Shown piece after piece: positions 22,267-35,480 of a stretch of DNA of 64,000 bases. Origin of the DNA: Carcharhinus longimanus (Eukaryota); assembly GCA_030264375.1 (NCBI GenBank), contig JASCQW010000027.1, forward strand, positions 85,274,419 to 85,338,418. Direction: 5' to 3'. Under the pieces are notes generated by a model. That model saw only the letters and a program-made list of their open reading frames with translations. It was not told the DNA's origin and did no database searches. Each line of letters opens with the position of its first letter. The stretch's first letter is position 1. The position numbers and the translations under genes were made by a program.

Positions 22267-25200
22267 TATCTAATAATGCAATACTAAAGATCTAAGTACA
22301 AATCTGTTTCTGGGTTGTATATTGTGTTGTAAGATCTGGAGAAGGTGAGAGGTAAAAGTGAATCTCTAACAAAAAAAGAGATGTGTTGTGTATGATTTTG
22401 TTCTTAAAACCTGGGGTATTTAAGTCAGTGCTTTGTAAATCAATGGCATATGTAACAATTTTTCAACAATTGCTCCAGTTAAAGACATGAAATGATCGAC
22501 AAAAAATGATGGCAGATAAAAAATTTGCTAATCTGCTACACAAGTGTTTTTGTACCTCTTATCATTGTAAATCAGATATCTAAAATTGACACTTTTCCTG
22601 TATTTTGGGTTGGACAGGTTGTCACTGACAGTACTGCTAAAATACTTACAGTAGTTTTATTTGAACATTCGATCTTCCCAGAACATTGTGATTATGCAAA
22701 TTATGCAATTACAAAACTTACTGACATATGTCGAAGGAGAAAGAGTTATGATTGCACTAATTTCTTTTTACACATATATGCCTTTTAGCTAAAATGGTAT
22801 TCCAGAAACATGACACAAAACAAATAGGCATTTGATTCATCAATATCTGAAAAGAGAAAATACATCTGAAATGTAAACCTTACGAATCTTCTTTAAAAGG
22901 ATTGAATGAAATGGAGGAGTTAAGAATAAAAGGTAAAACACCAAAGTCAGACGTATTAACTATCCATTACAGTGGGCGATAATAACTTGTTATATTCTTT
23001 GCTACCAAGAAATTTTCTTAACTTGCAGTCTAAAATTCATGTGATGCATCTAAACTCAAAAGGAATTTTCCAATTCTCCATCAGGGCATTACAACCAGCT
23101 GCCGTCTTATCGAACATTTGGCTTGCAATTTCTCATCCATTGATATGGCTGGGTGGAAATGTCCACCCAGTGAGATGTCCCTGTTGTTTCCTGACCTTAC
23201 AATCCAGTAAGTGAGATCTGACAGGTGACACTGAGCCTTGGAAAGTACCTCCCATTAATCTGCTTTTTCCATTCAAGATGTTGACAGGCTTGCTGTGCAA
23301 TTCCAGGACTTTCCATTTTCATTTCTGCTTCCAAGCATTAGTAATTTTAAAATATATTTACACCTGGCATATTCAAATTCTTACATCAAACTGTGCAGGT
23401 GGTTAAATTAAAATAACAAACTGGGTTCAGTGCATGTGCAACTTAAAAGGGTGACAAATGTGATTTGGCAAAGAAGTAAGAAACTGTACGAAGAGATGAG
23501 AAACCAATGTACGGTAATAGAACTCAGCAATATGCTGGATTTGCAAACAGTATTAGGCTGTTAACTGTTTCCAGGTTCATAATTATGTGGTTGTCATGAT
23601 GATGCTGTGAATGGATTAAGTTGTTAACACACCGTGAATTTTTATGCAACTTTCTTAAATGTATGAAGTGATAGAATTAATCTGAATAAATAGTTTCTTT
23701 ACTGAAGACAGCAGGGTTTTTATTATTCTGTTTTATTTATTAGTTAAAAGCCATTAGCTATGTTAATGAAGTACATGATATGTAAGAAAGCATGGGCAGA
23801 ATTTTGCCACTTTTTAGCATAGTGTCATCCTAGGTGGGAAAAGTGGAGGGTATCCCGCCAGTTGCGTTGCCACAGCATTTTGCCAAATAAAGATGAAGAG
23901 ATGAGTCCCACAAGGCCATGCTGGTGGGTGTGACATTAATATAACTATAAGAATTTTTTTTTAAATCCTGTTCTCTGCAATGGTAAGCAGACTTTTTTCA
24001 GTTTGGTTTCATTGTTGCAGTGTTGTCTACAAGGGGTCCTTTTATTGCTACTTCAATTGCTTAAACAAGGTATGTTTATTTTAACTTGGGAGGTTTTATG
24101 ATCCTGCACTGATAGGAGGATGNNNNNNNNNNNNNNNNNNNNNNNNNNNNNNNNNNNNNNNNNNNNNNNNNNNNNNNNNNNNNNNNNNNNNNNNNNNNNN
24201 NNNNNNNNNNNNNNNNNNNNNNNNNNNNNNNNNNNNNNNNNNNNNNNNNNNNNNNNNNNNNNNNNNNNNNNNNNNNNNNNNNNNNNNNNNNNNNNNNNNN
24301 NNNNNNNNNNNNNNNNNNNNNNNNNNNNNNNNNNNNNNNNNNNNNNNNNNNNNNNNNNNNNNNNNNNNNNNNNNNNNNNNNNNNNNNNNNNNNNNNNNNN
24401 NNNNNNNNNNNNNNNNNNNNNNNNNNNNNNNNNNNNNNNNNNNNNNNNNNNNNNNNNNNNNNNNNNNNNNNNNNNNNNNNNNNNNNNNNNNNNNNNNNNN
24501 NNNNNNNNNNNNNNNNNNNNNNNNNNNNNNNNNNNNNNNNNNNNNNNNNNNNNNNNNNNNNNNNNNNNNNNNNNNNNNNNNNNNNNNNNNNNNNNNNNNN
24601 NNNNNNNNNNNNNNNNNNNNNNNNNNNNNNNNNNNNNNNNNNNNNNNNNNNNNNNNNNNNNNNNNNNNNNNNNNNNNNNNNNNNNNNNNNNNNNNNNNNN
24701 NNNNNNNNNNNNNNNNNNNNNNNNNNNNNNNNNNNNNNNNNNNNNNNNNNNNNNNNNNNNNNNNNNNNNNNNNNNNNNNNNNNNNNNNNNNNNNNNNNNN
24801 NNNNNNNNNNNNNNNNNNNNNNNNNNNNNNNNNNNNNNNNNNNNNNNNNNNNNNNNNNNNNNNNNNNNNNNNNNNNNNNNNNNNNNNNNNNNNNNNNNNN
24901 NNNNNNNNNNNNNNNNNNNNNNNNNNNNNNNNNNNNNNNNNNNNNNNNNNNNNNNNNNNNNNNNNNNNNNNNNNNNNNNNNNNNNNNNNNGTTCTGCTCA
25001 CCAGGTGGAGGTTCGTAGGGGGGTCTGTCATGATTCACAATGTGAAAGGACAATTTAACATGGGGGACTATCAGGCATAAAGGGCAAGTTGGGATCCCGA
25101 TTCTTAAAGTTGAGATTAGTGCTGATCTGGTAATTTAAATTACTTCCCCATGTTTAAATTTCACTATGTTAAACACTATTGATTCTATCTGAAATAAAAG

Positions 25201-25315
25201 CTGAAAATATTAGAAATGTACATTGAATAAATTTGTATCTGAAAGGGAAACTTATCTTCAGGGATCAGAGATAACCTTCCTTCAGTTTCTGATTAAAGGT
25301 TGCATCAGAAACATG

Positions 25316-26140
25316 GGGCAGAATTTTCTCAAAAAATGGCAAAGTGTAAGGGTTGGATTGAAAATCGGAGTGTTTCTCTCTAAAGGCAGAAGAAATCTGG
25401 GGCATGGTTAACACCATCACACTGACAGGGTGGAGACTGATAGAGCTAGCAAGGCCAGCTCTACAGAGATCAGGGTGCCATCTTTAAAGGGTTTCCCAGT
25501 TTGCACTTAAAATAAATTCCCCCAGCCTCTCCATGGAAACGAAGAACCACCCCCACAAGAATTGGGATGACCCAAAGAAGTACTGGGGGCATTCTCCCCC
25601 TTTATATCCACCACCCCCGCTCCCTTGCTGTCATCAGTTTCTCCCCTCTCCCTCCCACCCCCACCAAACTTTGAGAGGACCTCCGCACCATTGGAGGAGG
25701 ATTATCCCCGCACCCCCACCAATTCCCCCCGCACTGTCCCCTTCACATGCCCCCTTCATGTGCCCTCTTCTTGTGCCCCTGGCACTGCCCCAGCCCTGCC
25801 TGCTGCACTGCCAAATCTTGGGCCTCAACCTCCAGGGCCTCCAGGCACATCTGTACCCTCATTGTGACTGTTTTTTGATTTCGAAAACCGGTAGTGATTC
25901 GAGCCTGTTTGATGTCGTGTCGACTTGGGAGGATTTAACATGGTCATTTAATGATATTTAAATTAAAATCATGCAAATCTCATTCACACAGTTTCTGGGG
26001 TGTGAACCTGGTCACATTACTGGTGGGTGCGGGGGGCAGAGAAGATCTCAAACCAAGATCTCACTGTCACAAAACCCATGATGGCCCTCTGGTGAGATTT
26101 AGTAGCCATTTCGGGATTTGCAGTCGTGGCAAATGGGGCC
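25316..26140. mobile_element. Long non-autonomous Harbinger-like element with C-rich interior
   Basis: Left end ggggcagaattttctc; similar starts at 23794, 40828 and 44289. Confidence 0.55.
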
Positions 26141-29006
26141 ATTACATGGTTGACGCTGCTTCAACCCATGTACTTACTAGTGCAGACCCTCATCCGCGAA
26201 TGAATTTATTTTAATCTGGAGCACAGGGAGTCTTCCATAGATTCCTCAGTATGAGGCCTGGGTCACTTTAACTTCAGGCCCAACTTAAATCTATCCACAT
26301 TTTCCCAACTCACAGGTTATAGGAATGTTTTAAGATTCAACAGCTTGGAGTGATAAGTCCTGCTAGGGCAGGGTGGGAGGTGCAAATGGTTGGGGGTTTG
26401 ATGCTACTGGGTACCCTGGGAAGCTATTCTAGGCATGAGATGAGTATTATGAGGAGGCTCACCGAGGAGCTAGCAAAGGTGAGATGGGGAATGAGAGTGG
26501 GATTGAGAATTTCGGATTCCGGTAGGATTTCCTGCATTCTTGCTTCTCCAGGACCACAACAAATCCTCTAAAAACAATTTAAAAATGTAGCTTCTCTGGC
26601 CATTCTTTGTCCCAGGCTTCACTGATGTGGTTGACACCGTGCGGGACTCCCATTTTCTGCTGTTAAAACTGCATCACAACATCAACAATGTAATCAGGAT
26701 GCGATTTTCACATTTCAGTTAGAGCAAGCAGCTTCTTTAATGGTGTAGGGATGGGATGGGGTGGGGATATTGTTTCAAAGACAGCGTTATTTTTGCACTG
26801 TTCTCAGTAGGAAAATCAAGGCTGTAGAACTGGAATGATCAGCCTGCAGTTTATCTATTTGATCTCTATGCCCAGGCACAGCCCCAACCAAACATGAACC
26901 CAAATGGTTTTTGGGGTGCTTGCTGAAGTAAGGTGTGAGAAGCCAGGGAATTCCAGAAGTACAGCCTTCCCCATTGGAGAAATAGATGTTTGGCCATCCG
27001 TTTCTGTTGATACAGTTGCCAGATGGTCTCATTAAAATGTTTGACTGAACTGAGACTCACTGATGGATGAGCTCAGTAGAAGTCTAATTACTCAGGCTGA
27101 AATGGAGTTTTAGCTTTGCTTGATGAACATATGTATGAAGTTACTGGGTGGCAGTGCATGCAGCTGATGTGACATCCATCCAATGTCAAAAATCATTACA
27201 GCGCCTGTCACTAGGCAACAGGTGAGTGATGATGCGGGGTAGGGGTTTTTAGGATGGGGGAAACATGAGAAGTGGGAAGAGGGCTTGGCAGCAAGGCCTG
27301 GGTTGGCTGTCAGTGCCCCCACACCACTTCCCAATGATGGGATCTCAATCAGGCACTGAGTGACCAACCCTCCAAACATAAGTCGACATGAAAACATGCA
27401 CAATACATCGTGAGTTCCCCACATGTTATTGCATTATTATGAAGCCTTTATGTGGCCAATTATTGCCCTCTAACAGGCATCATTTGGCAACAAGATAGCA
27501 AGGTCACCTATGAACTTTTCTGCATGGACTTAATCAGGGTGGATGTGGGAAGCTGTTGGGATCCTCACCCCACCATCCCATCTGATTAAATGCCCCTCCA
27601 CCACCATACTCACCATAGGAGAGGGCACAAGATTTTGCCTGATGAATTGCAATGTCTGATTGGCACATTTACAAGGTTGTAAGAGCAGATTTTTCAATTG
27701 CTGTTTTTTTTCTTGAGCATTTCAGGACTTGCCATTGTTATTCTGTAGCTCTTTAGTTCTGTGCATAGTGCACACTGGGTGGGTAGGCATGAAGTATGAA
27801 AGTAGGAATGTGGAAGCAGCATAGGGTATGGAGGGGCACGGTTGATATGAAGGGGCAGGAGGTAAGAAAGTCATGGAGGGGATATGGGAAGTGGGTGGAG
27901 GATGAAGAAGTTTGAGGGGTGAGGGCTGGAACGTGTAACAGCCTTTAATACAATGAGGGTCAATGTTCCGGAGATCAGAGATGAGCCTTCTAACCAGTCT
28001 ATCTTGGCACTCAAATGCCTCCCTGGCTACCTATGAACTGTTCCCAAGTTGGCAGGCCTGACTCGATCCTGCGCCCCTTTCCGGAACAAAAATAGAATGT
28101 GTGCATCCCATTTATTTGGAGCAGAGTCTGCTGAGTCAGGAAATTTCCTGGCATGCGCTTCCGGCCTTGTTAGCAAGAATTTGACTCTATTCTTTTTGTC
28201 CAGCAAACAGCGCAGTGAAGGCACTTTCCCCCATGGAACTGGTCCTACACAGCTCCCTTCAAACCAGGAAATTTAGTCTGGAGGTATTAGAAATAATGTT
28301 AAAATTAGGATACACAACCTTTTTAAAATAACAGATAAGTAAGTGCCCTTTGAAATACACTTGTTTGTTAATATCACAAATTGTAATTCCTAGGCTTTTA
28401 TCTCTGATTTTCTGGACGACTTGAAGATGTCAGATCTGGAGTTATCATATAGCGTTGGTTTTAGATCCAGAGGGCTTGTCTGAATATTATTGATGTTCCA
28501 CACTAATACTACAGCAATTAGAACAACAGGAAAGATCTCCAAGCAGATTTGGAAGAAGATATTCATTGTATGCATTTCCTCATATCCCAGAGATCTATTT
28601 TTCATGGAACCTTGCCAGCCAGAAAGCACTCCAAGTGCAACACTAGTCATTTCAAGTTACAGTTGTCTCATATAGTAAACCCTGATATAAATCTCCAGAC
28701 TAACCAGAGCCTATTTTGTACATCCTCTGCCTGCATGTTCAGCAAAGAGACACTCTTGTCCCTGTTGACAGCCTCGCTCTGCCTAACTTACAGCCTCACT
28801 GGTGCATGCAATATCCTTGATATATCAGGATACCTGTCCCCAGTCCAGTTGATACTAACATACCAATAAGCACCCTTATTCAAAATGAACTTTCAAACTA
28901 TTATTCAAAATAAAATATGAACTACACATAAAATAATTTGTTTAAAAGCCTCAGCGTGTTCACTTTGATACAAAGGGCTTTATTTCCTTCTTTGTCTGGC
29001 CCCCTG

Positions 29007-29132
29007 GGGCAGGATTTTCCAGCCGCTCTCACCCCAAGGCCGGAAAACCCCACCCGAGGTCAATGGCCTTTGCATGATCCATGTCCTGCCCACTATGATT
29101 CCCGTGGCGGGCAGGATGGGAAAATTCCACCC
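29007..29132. mobile_element. MITE family A, complete, 3-bp CTG TSD (Harbinger-type)
   Basis: TIR gggcaggattttcc / ggaaaattccaccc, flanked by ctg on both sides. Confidence 0.8.
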
Positions 29133-29393
29133 CTGATCTTCAAAAAGGAAATTGATAAAGGGTTAAGAATTCTTCTAGTCACTGGGTGCAATGTTAACAG
29201 CCCCAACAACAATTTCGTCTGGTGAGAATTTCCATTGCAATCACAGACATATTTTAGTAACAATGAAAGATTTACATGGCGGGTGAGAGCTGAGAATCTA
29301 GTGGGAGCCAAAAATTCAGAAACCCTCCCGCGTAAGAACATGCTGCAATCTTCCCAAAGGCAGGTTAATGGCGGGTCTGGTTTCTTGCTGCCT

Positions 29394-29833
29394 GGTGGCA
29401 TGAAGATGTCTGCGTACATCCCCACCAGCTGGTCCATGCAGGACCTGAGTGCTCATCCGGATACTCCATCTGGACCAGTTGCTTTCCATGGGGTGACTTT
29501 TGAGAAGGTTGCTCCAACATCAGCAATGGTGACGTTAGATATAGGTTTAGCCGAAGCCTCTGGGATGGACGGAATGTTCTCACTGACCTCTTGTTCAAAA
29601 CAGGCACAGATGCATTGAGTTCATTGGGGAGAGTTGTGTTGAAGCCGACTATCTCACCTGCCTGTTATGTCTTGCAGACCTTGCCATAGTTGGGAGGATT
29701 GGGGTGGACAGCCCGGGACTCTAGCTTGGTCCGGTACTATCTTTTGGCATCTTTTTTGGATTTCCGTAGATCATATCTGGATTTCTTGTGTAGGTCAATA
29801 TCGCCTGACTTGAACACCTCAGATCTGATTTCA
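29394..29833 (-). mobile_element. Rex1/Babar-type LINE ORF fragment running into a gap
   Basis: KVTPWKATGPDGVSG*ALRSCMDQLVGMYADIF; KSRYDLRKS. Confidence 0.8.
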
Positions 29834-31299
29834 NNNNNNNNNNNNNNNNNNNNNNNNNNNNNNNNNNNNNNNNNNNNNNNNNNNNNNNNNNNNNNNNNNN
29901 NNNNNNNNNNNNNNNNNNNNNNNNNNNNNNNNNNNNNNNNNNNNNNNNNNNNNNNNNNNNNNNNNNNNNNNNNNNNNNNNNNNNNNNNNNNNNNNNNNNN
30001 NNNNNNNNNNNNNNNNNNNNNNNNNNNNNNNNNNNNNNNNNNNNNNNNNNNNNNNNNNNNNNNNNNNNNNNNNNNNNNNNNNNNNNNNNNNNNNNNNNNN
30101 NNNNNNNNNNNTGGTCTGATTTGCCAAAGTATAGACAGGCGATAGAGAGGTCACACCAGGTGGAAAATCATGTCCACTCCTCAAACCTATTTGAAAAAGA
30201 GTGGTGTGCCCAAGGCAGACCTCAGTTCACTCAAGGCTTCAAAGCAAGTGCAACATATATTGCCTTCTTGCTATAGCGCTGCCCTGTTCCTGCTGCATGG
30301 TCTGCCTCTCTGCTGGGGCAGAAGATTTGTGCCCTTCAGCCCCAAGTTTATGGACAGCACTGGAATTATGGACCCTCCTGTTTCACAATAACAGGATCCA
30401 GTATTGGTGGGGGAGGCTGGAGAACTGGAGGCAGTTCTACCTGCACATTGTGAAGCTCCAGATAAATCAGATTCACTCAGACAGATGCAGGGAGGATTAC
30501 ACTCACTCCTGAAGTACAGGTGTAGTAGCACCACCCTGAGGGCCTAGAACAATGGTGTCATGCAAAAATGAAAATAACATCGGTTCTGCCTGGGAGGGAT
30601 ATGAGGCAGCGTCAGAGAACCATGAAGCTGGGGCTCCTTCTTGGGATGGACGCTCACTTGCTGGTGCCGATACAGTGGACATGATCCAGGTCAGTGTCAA
30701 AGGAGAAAGATGTCATTGCCCAGGAAGAAACAAAAAGCCAATCATTTCATTTGGCGCTGTCAAAGAGATAGGCAGAATTCAATAGCCTCACATCAAATTC
30801 TGAACATCAACAGCATATAAGGCAGGAATGCAGGCTTGCAAAGCAAAGATAATAATGAAATTATTATCAAATTATTCATTAATTCTGCTATTCTATCAGT
30901 GAAGGGCAGTTATGGGTTAATAATTAATGCCATTCATCAACGGCCAAATAGATTCCACTCATTGACCACGTGTAACTGAAAGGTCAATGCTATGCCTCTT
31001 CAAAGAATGGAGTGCAGAGCTATTTTGTTTTAATCATTTGTTTCACACTTTCACACCCCACACAGGGCTCCAGATGTTAGATCTGTGGAGTGGAATGTTG
31101 CTTACCTCTGTGTGTGTGCTAATGTCTCAGGGTTAATGCTGCACCGGGCATAATGCAATCGAGGCACGTAACACTGTGAAGCCCCACATCTCCCATTGCT
31201 CTCTCAATCTCAGCTTCTCTTCTGCACCCCTTAACCGTTATTATTTTCAATGTTTAGAATGAAGGCTCATGGAGTAGTGAACCCAGGCCTCCATGCTGA

Positions 31300-31945
31300 G
31301 ATTCTCAAAGTCTTCATTCAAAAAGAAGGTGAAGGAAGGAGAGGCATTGCAGCTCCAGCAGGAGATCCTGCTTGGGGGATATGGCCAATGGGAGCCTGAG
31401 CATGAAGAGGAGGGTGAGGGGGAGTGATCCAGACAATGGAGGTGATGCGTCAAATCGATGGATTATGGTCGAAGAATATCCTGCTTACAAATGAGCGAGA
31501 GACTGTGCAAGATATGCCTGCGATTGTTCAGAGACCTCATTGATCCTATATGCCACATACCTTGTGAAGACCTGGTGCTAATGGGATTGGAGGCTTTCCC
31601 CTCCCAGTGGCTTTGATGGTGATGATACAATTCAATTTCTTTGCCTCTGGGTCTTTTTAGAGATCATCAGGAAACCTGTGCAACATCTCTCAGTTTCAAC
31701 ACATTACTGAGTACAGGAGGTCACTGATGCACTTTATAGGGAGCTCTATCATTATGTTAGGTGTGCTCTGGACAAGAATAGTTAGGTTTAAAGATTCACT
31801 GGCTTCATTGCTGTCTCAGCCTTCCATAAGCAGGCAAGGTGCAATATAATGCACCCATGTGGCTATGCAGGTCCATGACAGCAGTTCCTATTGCTTATAA
31901 ACCACAAGGGCTACTATTCCATTCATAAGCAACCAGTGAATACCT
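31300..31945 (+). mobile_element. Harbinger transposase relic
   Basis: LPVALMVMIQFNFFASGSF*RSSGNLCNISQ..EVTDALY..INHKGYYSI. Confidence 0.8.
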
Positions 31946-32704
31946 ACCTATCCAAACACAGGTAGCACATCTTCAACAATAACTTCCTTTCCTACACCAT
32001 CATTCCAGATTTTCTCAAGGATTTGTCATTGACTTTATACATAAAATAATGTATATGTATTGTGCTGCCTTTCATTGATATCATTCAACACAGCAGTTTT
32101 TACAGTAGCACCTTTAACATAATAGAAGACATGTGGCTGATTTTCAGATGTCTCCTAATTATAACCCCTCCATCACTTCTTTCAGCGCCTTAACTGTCCC
32201 AGCACTTGCAGATTGCTTGTCTGACCACAAGTGGGGATCTTAATTCCTTCCACTTGCACTTCCCAGCATCCCTCAATGTTATATGTATTTTTGTGGTTTA
32301 CTAACCATATTTAAACATAACTCCAGCCAGGCCCACAATGGTGTTCATGCAAGCTCCTTCTCACCACTCATTGTCTGACTCAACCAGCATAACTTTATGT
32401 CTTTTTTCCCTCTGTCTTGTCTGGCTTTCCTTTAAATTCACTTCAACTTATCCTTTTGGAAGTGGGTTTTATATTCTAACCGCTCTCTGGATAAAAAGTT
32501 TTCTTCTGATTTCCCCCTTGAATTTATTGGTGGCTACCTTCTGTTTATGGGCCCCGATTTGGAATGTTACCCTTACAACACATTTGATTTAGCACAGAAT
32601 TGTTATATAAAAGCAGGTTCTAAACCCTGAATATTCAACTCCCAAGCATGCATAGTTCCATCTATTTCTAAGCCTATGTCTGCTAACTATTCCAAATCTT
32701 GATG

Positions 32705-32845
32705 AGACATCCCTGATGAAGGATCATCCAGACTCGAAACATCGGCTCTATTCTCTTTCTGCAGAAGCTGTCAGATCTGCTGTGATTTTTCCACATTTTC
32801 TATTTTTGTTTCAGATTCCAGCATCCACAGTATTTTGCCTTATTC
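32705..32845 (+). mobile_element. Penelope-type terminal repeat with minimal hammerhead motif
   Basis: CTGATGA-aggatcatccagactc-GAAAC at 32713-32740, followed by ctgctgtgattttcca..cagattccagcatc. Confidence 0.7.
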
Positions 32846-33143
32846 CAAACCCTAATTCCTTTCAACTTTTGGAGACCTATTCAATAAATTCTTCTCTGGT
32901 TAAATTCTGCCATCTCTTGTCTCTTTTCTTGGCTTTGAAAAATGGAAGTTCTAATATGGCTGTAATAAGTCCTCAGAGGCGGAAGTCCCTTCACCAAAAT
33001 TCCTTTATTTGCAAGAATCAACACTCCGACAGAATGCTGTCAGTATGTATCAACATCCAGAGGGACAGAGGAGCTGGCACTCCTGTTTAAGTACAGAGCA
33101 TGGAGCTCCCTGACTGGACCATTAATTTGGCCCTTAATCAGGG

Positions 33144-33785
33144 GCATCTTTTTGTGTGCAACCAAATAAACAAAATCAACTTAATTTAGGAACAACTCAA
33201 AAGGGGCAACTTTCTAAAAGGAGGTGAACCGCCCAAAACAAAAAACAAAGCTGAAAGGAAACATAAAACATTAAATTAAAATGTGATTAAAGGGATCAAT
33301 AATACATCCCAGCGGGCACGGAAGGCATCAATTGTGCCCTCGGACACCGCATGCTCCCCCTCCAGGGATACCCGCCCACAAATATAGCCGAAGTAGAGGG
33401 GCAGACAGTCGGTTTGGATGACCCCCTCGATCACCTGCTACTTGGACCTGTGGATGGAACGCCTTGCCAGACCCAGGAGCAGGTTCACAAGGATGTCCTC
33501 CTCTGAGGGACAGAGGGATCTAGGTGTGTGTGTACATAGATCCCTGAAAGTTGGGAATCAAGTTGATAAGGTTGTTAAGAAGGCGTNNNNNNNNNNNNNN
33601 NNNNNNNNNNNNNNNNNNNNNNNNNNNNNNNNNNNNNNNNNNNNNNNNNNNNNNNNNNNNNNNNNNNNNNNNNNNNNNNNNNNNNNTTTGTAACTGGTCG
33701 GCGCAACATCGTGGGCCGAAGGGCCTGTTCTGCGCTGTAATGTTCTATGTTCTATGTTCTGTGCCAACCCCCTGCTCTGCACTGA
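33144..33785 (-). mobile_element. 5'-truncated Tx1-clade LINE with 15-bp TSD
   Basis: GVGTEEDILVNLLLGLARRSIHRSK*..DCLPLYFGYICGRVSLEGEHAVS..AFRARW; TSD ggcccttaatcaggg at 33129-33143 and 33786-33800. Confidence 0.8.
33505..33760 (+). mobile_element. Young CR1 LINE (5'-truncated, internal gap)
   Basis: QRDLGVCVHRSLKVGNQVDKVVKKA; tail (gttctat)n. Confidence 0.9.
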
Positions 33786-34454
33786 GGCCCTTAATCAGGG
33801 AGTTCATATTCAAGAAGGCCAACCTCAATTGCCTGATTAAAATCGTTACAATGCCTTTCAATAGATTTCATCAGAATTATTGATTGAAGATGGAGTTACA
33901 ATGGCATTAGAGAAGTAGCAAAGAGAAATGATTCTCACTTCTAAACACCAAGCTCTAATTTTGTGCTCTCATGTTGCCTTTAATAACTCTACTCCAGTTT
34001 AAGCAGGGATCTCACAGGCACGGTGTAGCTTAAGGTATAATTTTATTAGCTCAAAGTCCACAAAAATCTAGCAGAGTGTTAACGTTACAAATCAATCAGA
34101 ATTCTCTCATTACATTCTAGTACGAGTTACAAATCCCTCACAACCTGGGACAACGTAGTTGCATCAGTGACGGTTATCTGTTCTTCCAAGGTGCTGACTA
34201 ACTAGTCATGCTCATCTGATTTTTATGATTTGTTTATGGGCCATACAAAGCCCCTTTATTGTGTGGTCAAACTTACCTAACATTCCATAACTGGATTATG
34301 GCTGAGTGGACCAATTACACCTTTATCTTTTATCGCATGTTTCAACTATTAGTTTTACCTGATGTCACATCAGCAGAAATCCTTTTAATTCGTCTCTTGA
34401 AACAAAGGAACTTCTTATGTACAAAGCATTGACAAGAATTGTGCTTTATTTCTC

Positions 34455-34650
34455 AACACCCCTAATTCTGGATGACCTCACTCGAGGAAATAGCTTCTCT
34501 CTATCTACTCTACTGAGTCCTTTTATCATTTTAAACACATCAATTTGACCACCCCTCAACCTTCTAAACCTAAAGCAATAATAAATCAAACTTATGCAAC
34601 CAGCCCTCTTAATTTAACCCTTAAAGTGCTGGTATCACACTAGGGAACTT
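34455..34650 (-). mobile_element. Old CR1 ORF2 3' fragment
   Basis: ggaaatagcttctctctatctac..tttaaacac..cccctcaaccttcta pattern. Confidence 0.55.
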
Positions 34651-35109
34651 AACAAAAATAAACCTTATATTCTGTCTCCCAGCTTCAGCTTCATTCCTGC
34701 CCCAATATCTAAGCTCAACTTCATATTGAGCCTTGTCCCTTATCCCTCTACAAAACATGCTTTTGTTTCTTGGGATTGACAAGTCGATTATACCTATCAC
34801 ACAGGGAATGAGCTGGACATCAGAACTCAGTATCTCAGTATTCCAGAATGTCATACTTCAGAATGAAGCCATTCAGCCAATCAGGTCAGCATCTATGTTG
34901 TTTTTTCTATATTGAGATATCTAGGCTAATTCCCCACTGCCATTTGGTTCCCATACCCTTCAATAATGTTCCTTTTCAAATATCTTTGTTGTGAATGAGA
35001 TTTACTTCCATGACAGATTGTTAAAAACTGGTTTCTGTGTAAATAATTGTTTCAAGCCTTCTTTTGGTTCTAAGTGTGAACCTATCTTCATTAGTAGCTC
35101 TCTCGTCTA

Positions 35110-35480
35110 TGAGTCAAATGATGATAGGTTCAAACTCAAATCCATTCCAAAGACAAGAGAATAGGGTGATATTTCCATTTAGTAATGATGTAGTTTGGTA
35201 CTTATACCAGGGACTTTTTCTTAGTCAAATGAGCCTTGTCTGCGCTCTCAAAGTACACATTAATGATCCCATGAATTTTTTTTAAAGAGCAGGGTAGTTT
35301 TTTGAATATCCCTCACGACCAAACATCTGACAATTTAGCTCATTGGTGTTTGAGGAACTTGGATAGCCTGGCTGCTGTGTTTCCTGGCATGACAATAGTG
35401 CCTATGCTTCAAACACACTTCATTGGCTAAGAAGAGCTACAAGACCATGAAAGGCACCATGAATGCTAACTCTTCTTTGT
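35110..35480 (+). mobile_element. Deu-domain SINE, degenerate
   Basis: gatcccatg..aagagcaggg..tggctgctgtgtttcct..cttcaa..cttcattggct..atgaaaggc. Confidence 0.6.

Larger units (their letters stand above)
32961..33850 (-). mobile_element. Solo LTR (32961-33143 + 33786-33850) interrupted by Tx1 and CR1
   Basis: Both halves align to 13425-13643; flanks atggc/atgcc (5-bp TSD, one mismatch). Confidence 0.8.

Noticed and set aside
22722-22847. Minus-strand exon-like segment with good acceptor and GTAAGT donor
   Set aside because: Stops in all three frames; only a non-coding exon would be possible, and nothing supports one
24076-25058. Longest ORFs (311-325 aa) and other X-containing ORFs
   Set aside because: Artefacts of translation through N-gaps
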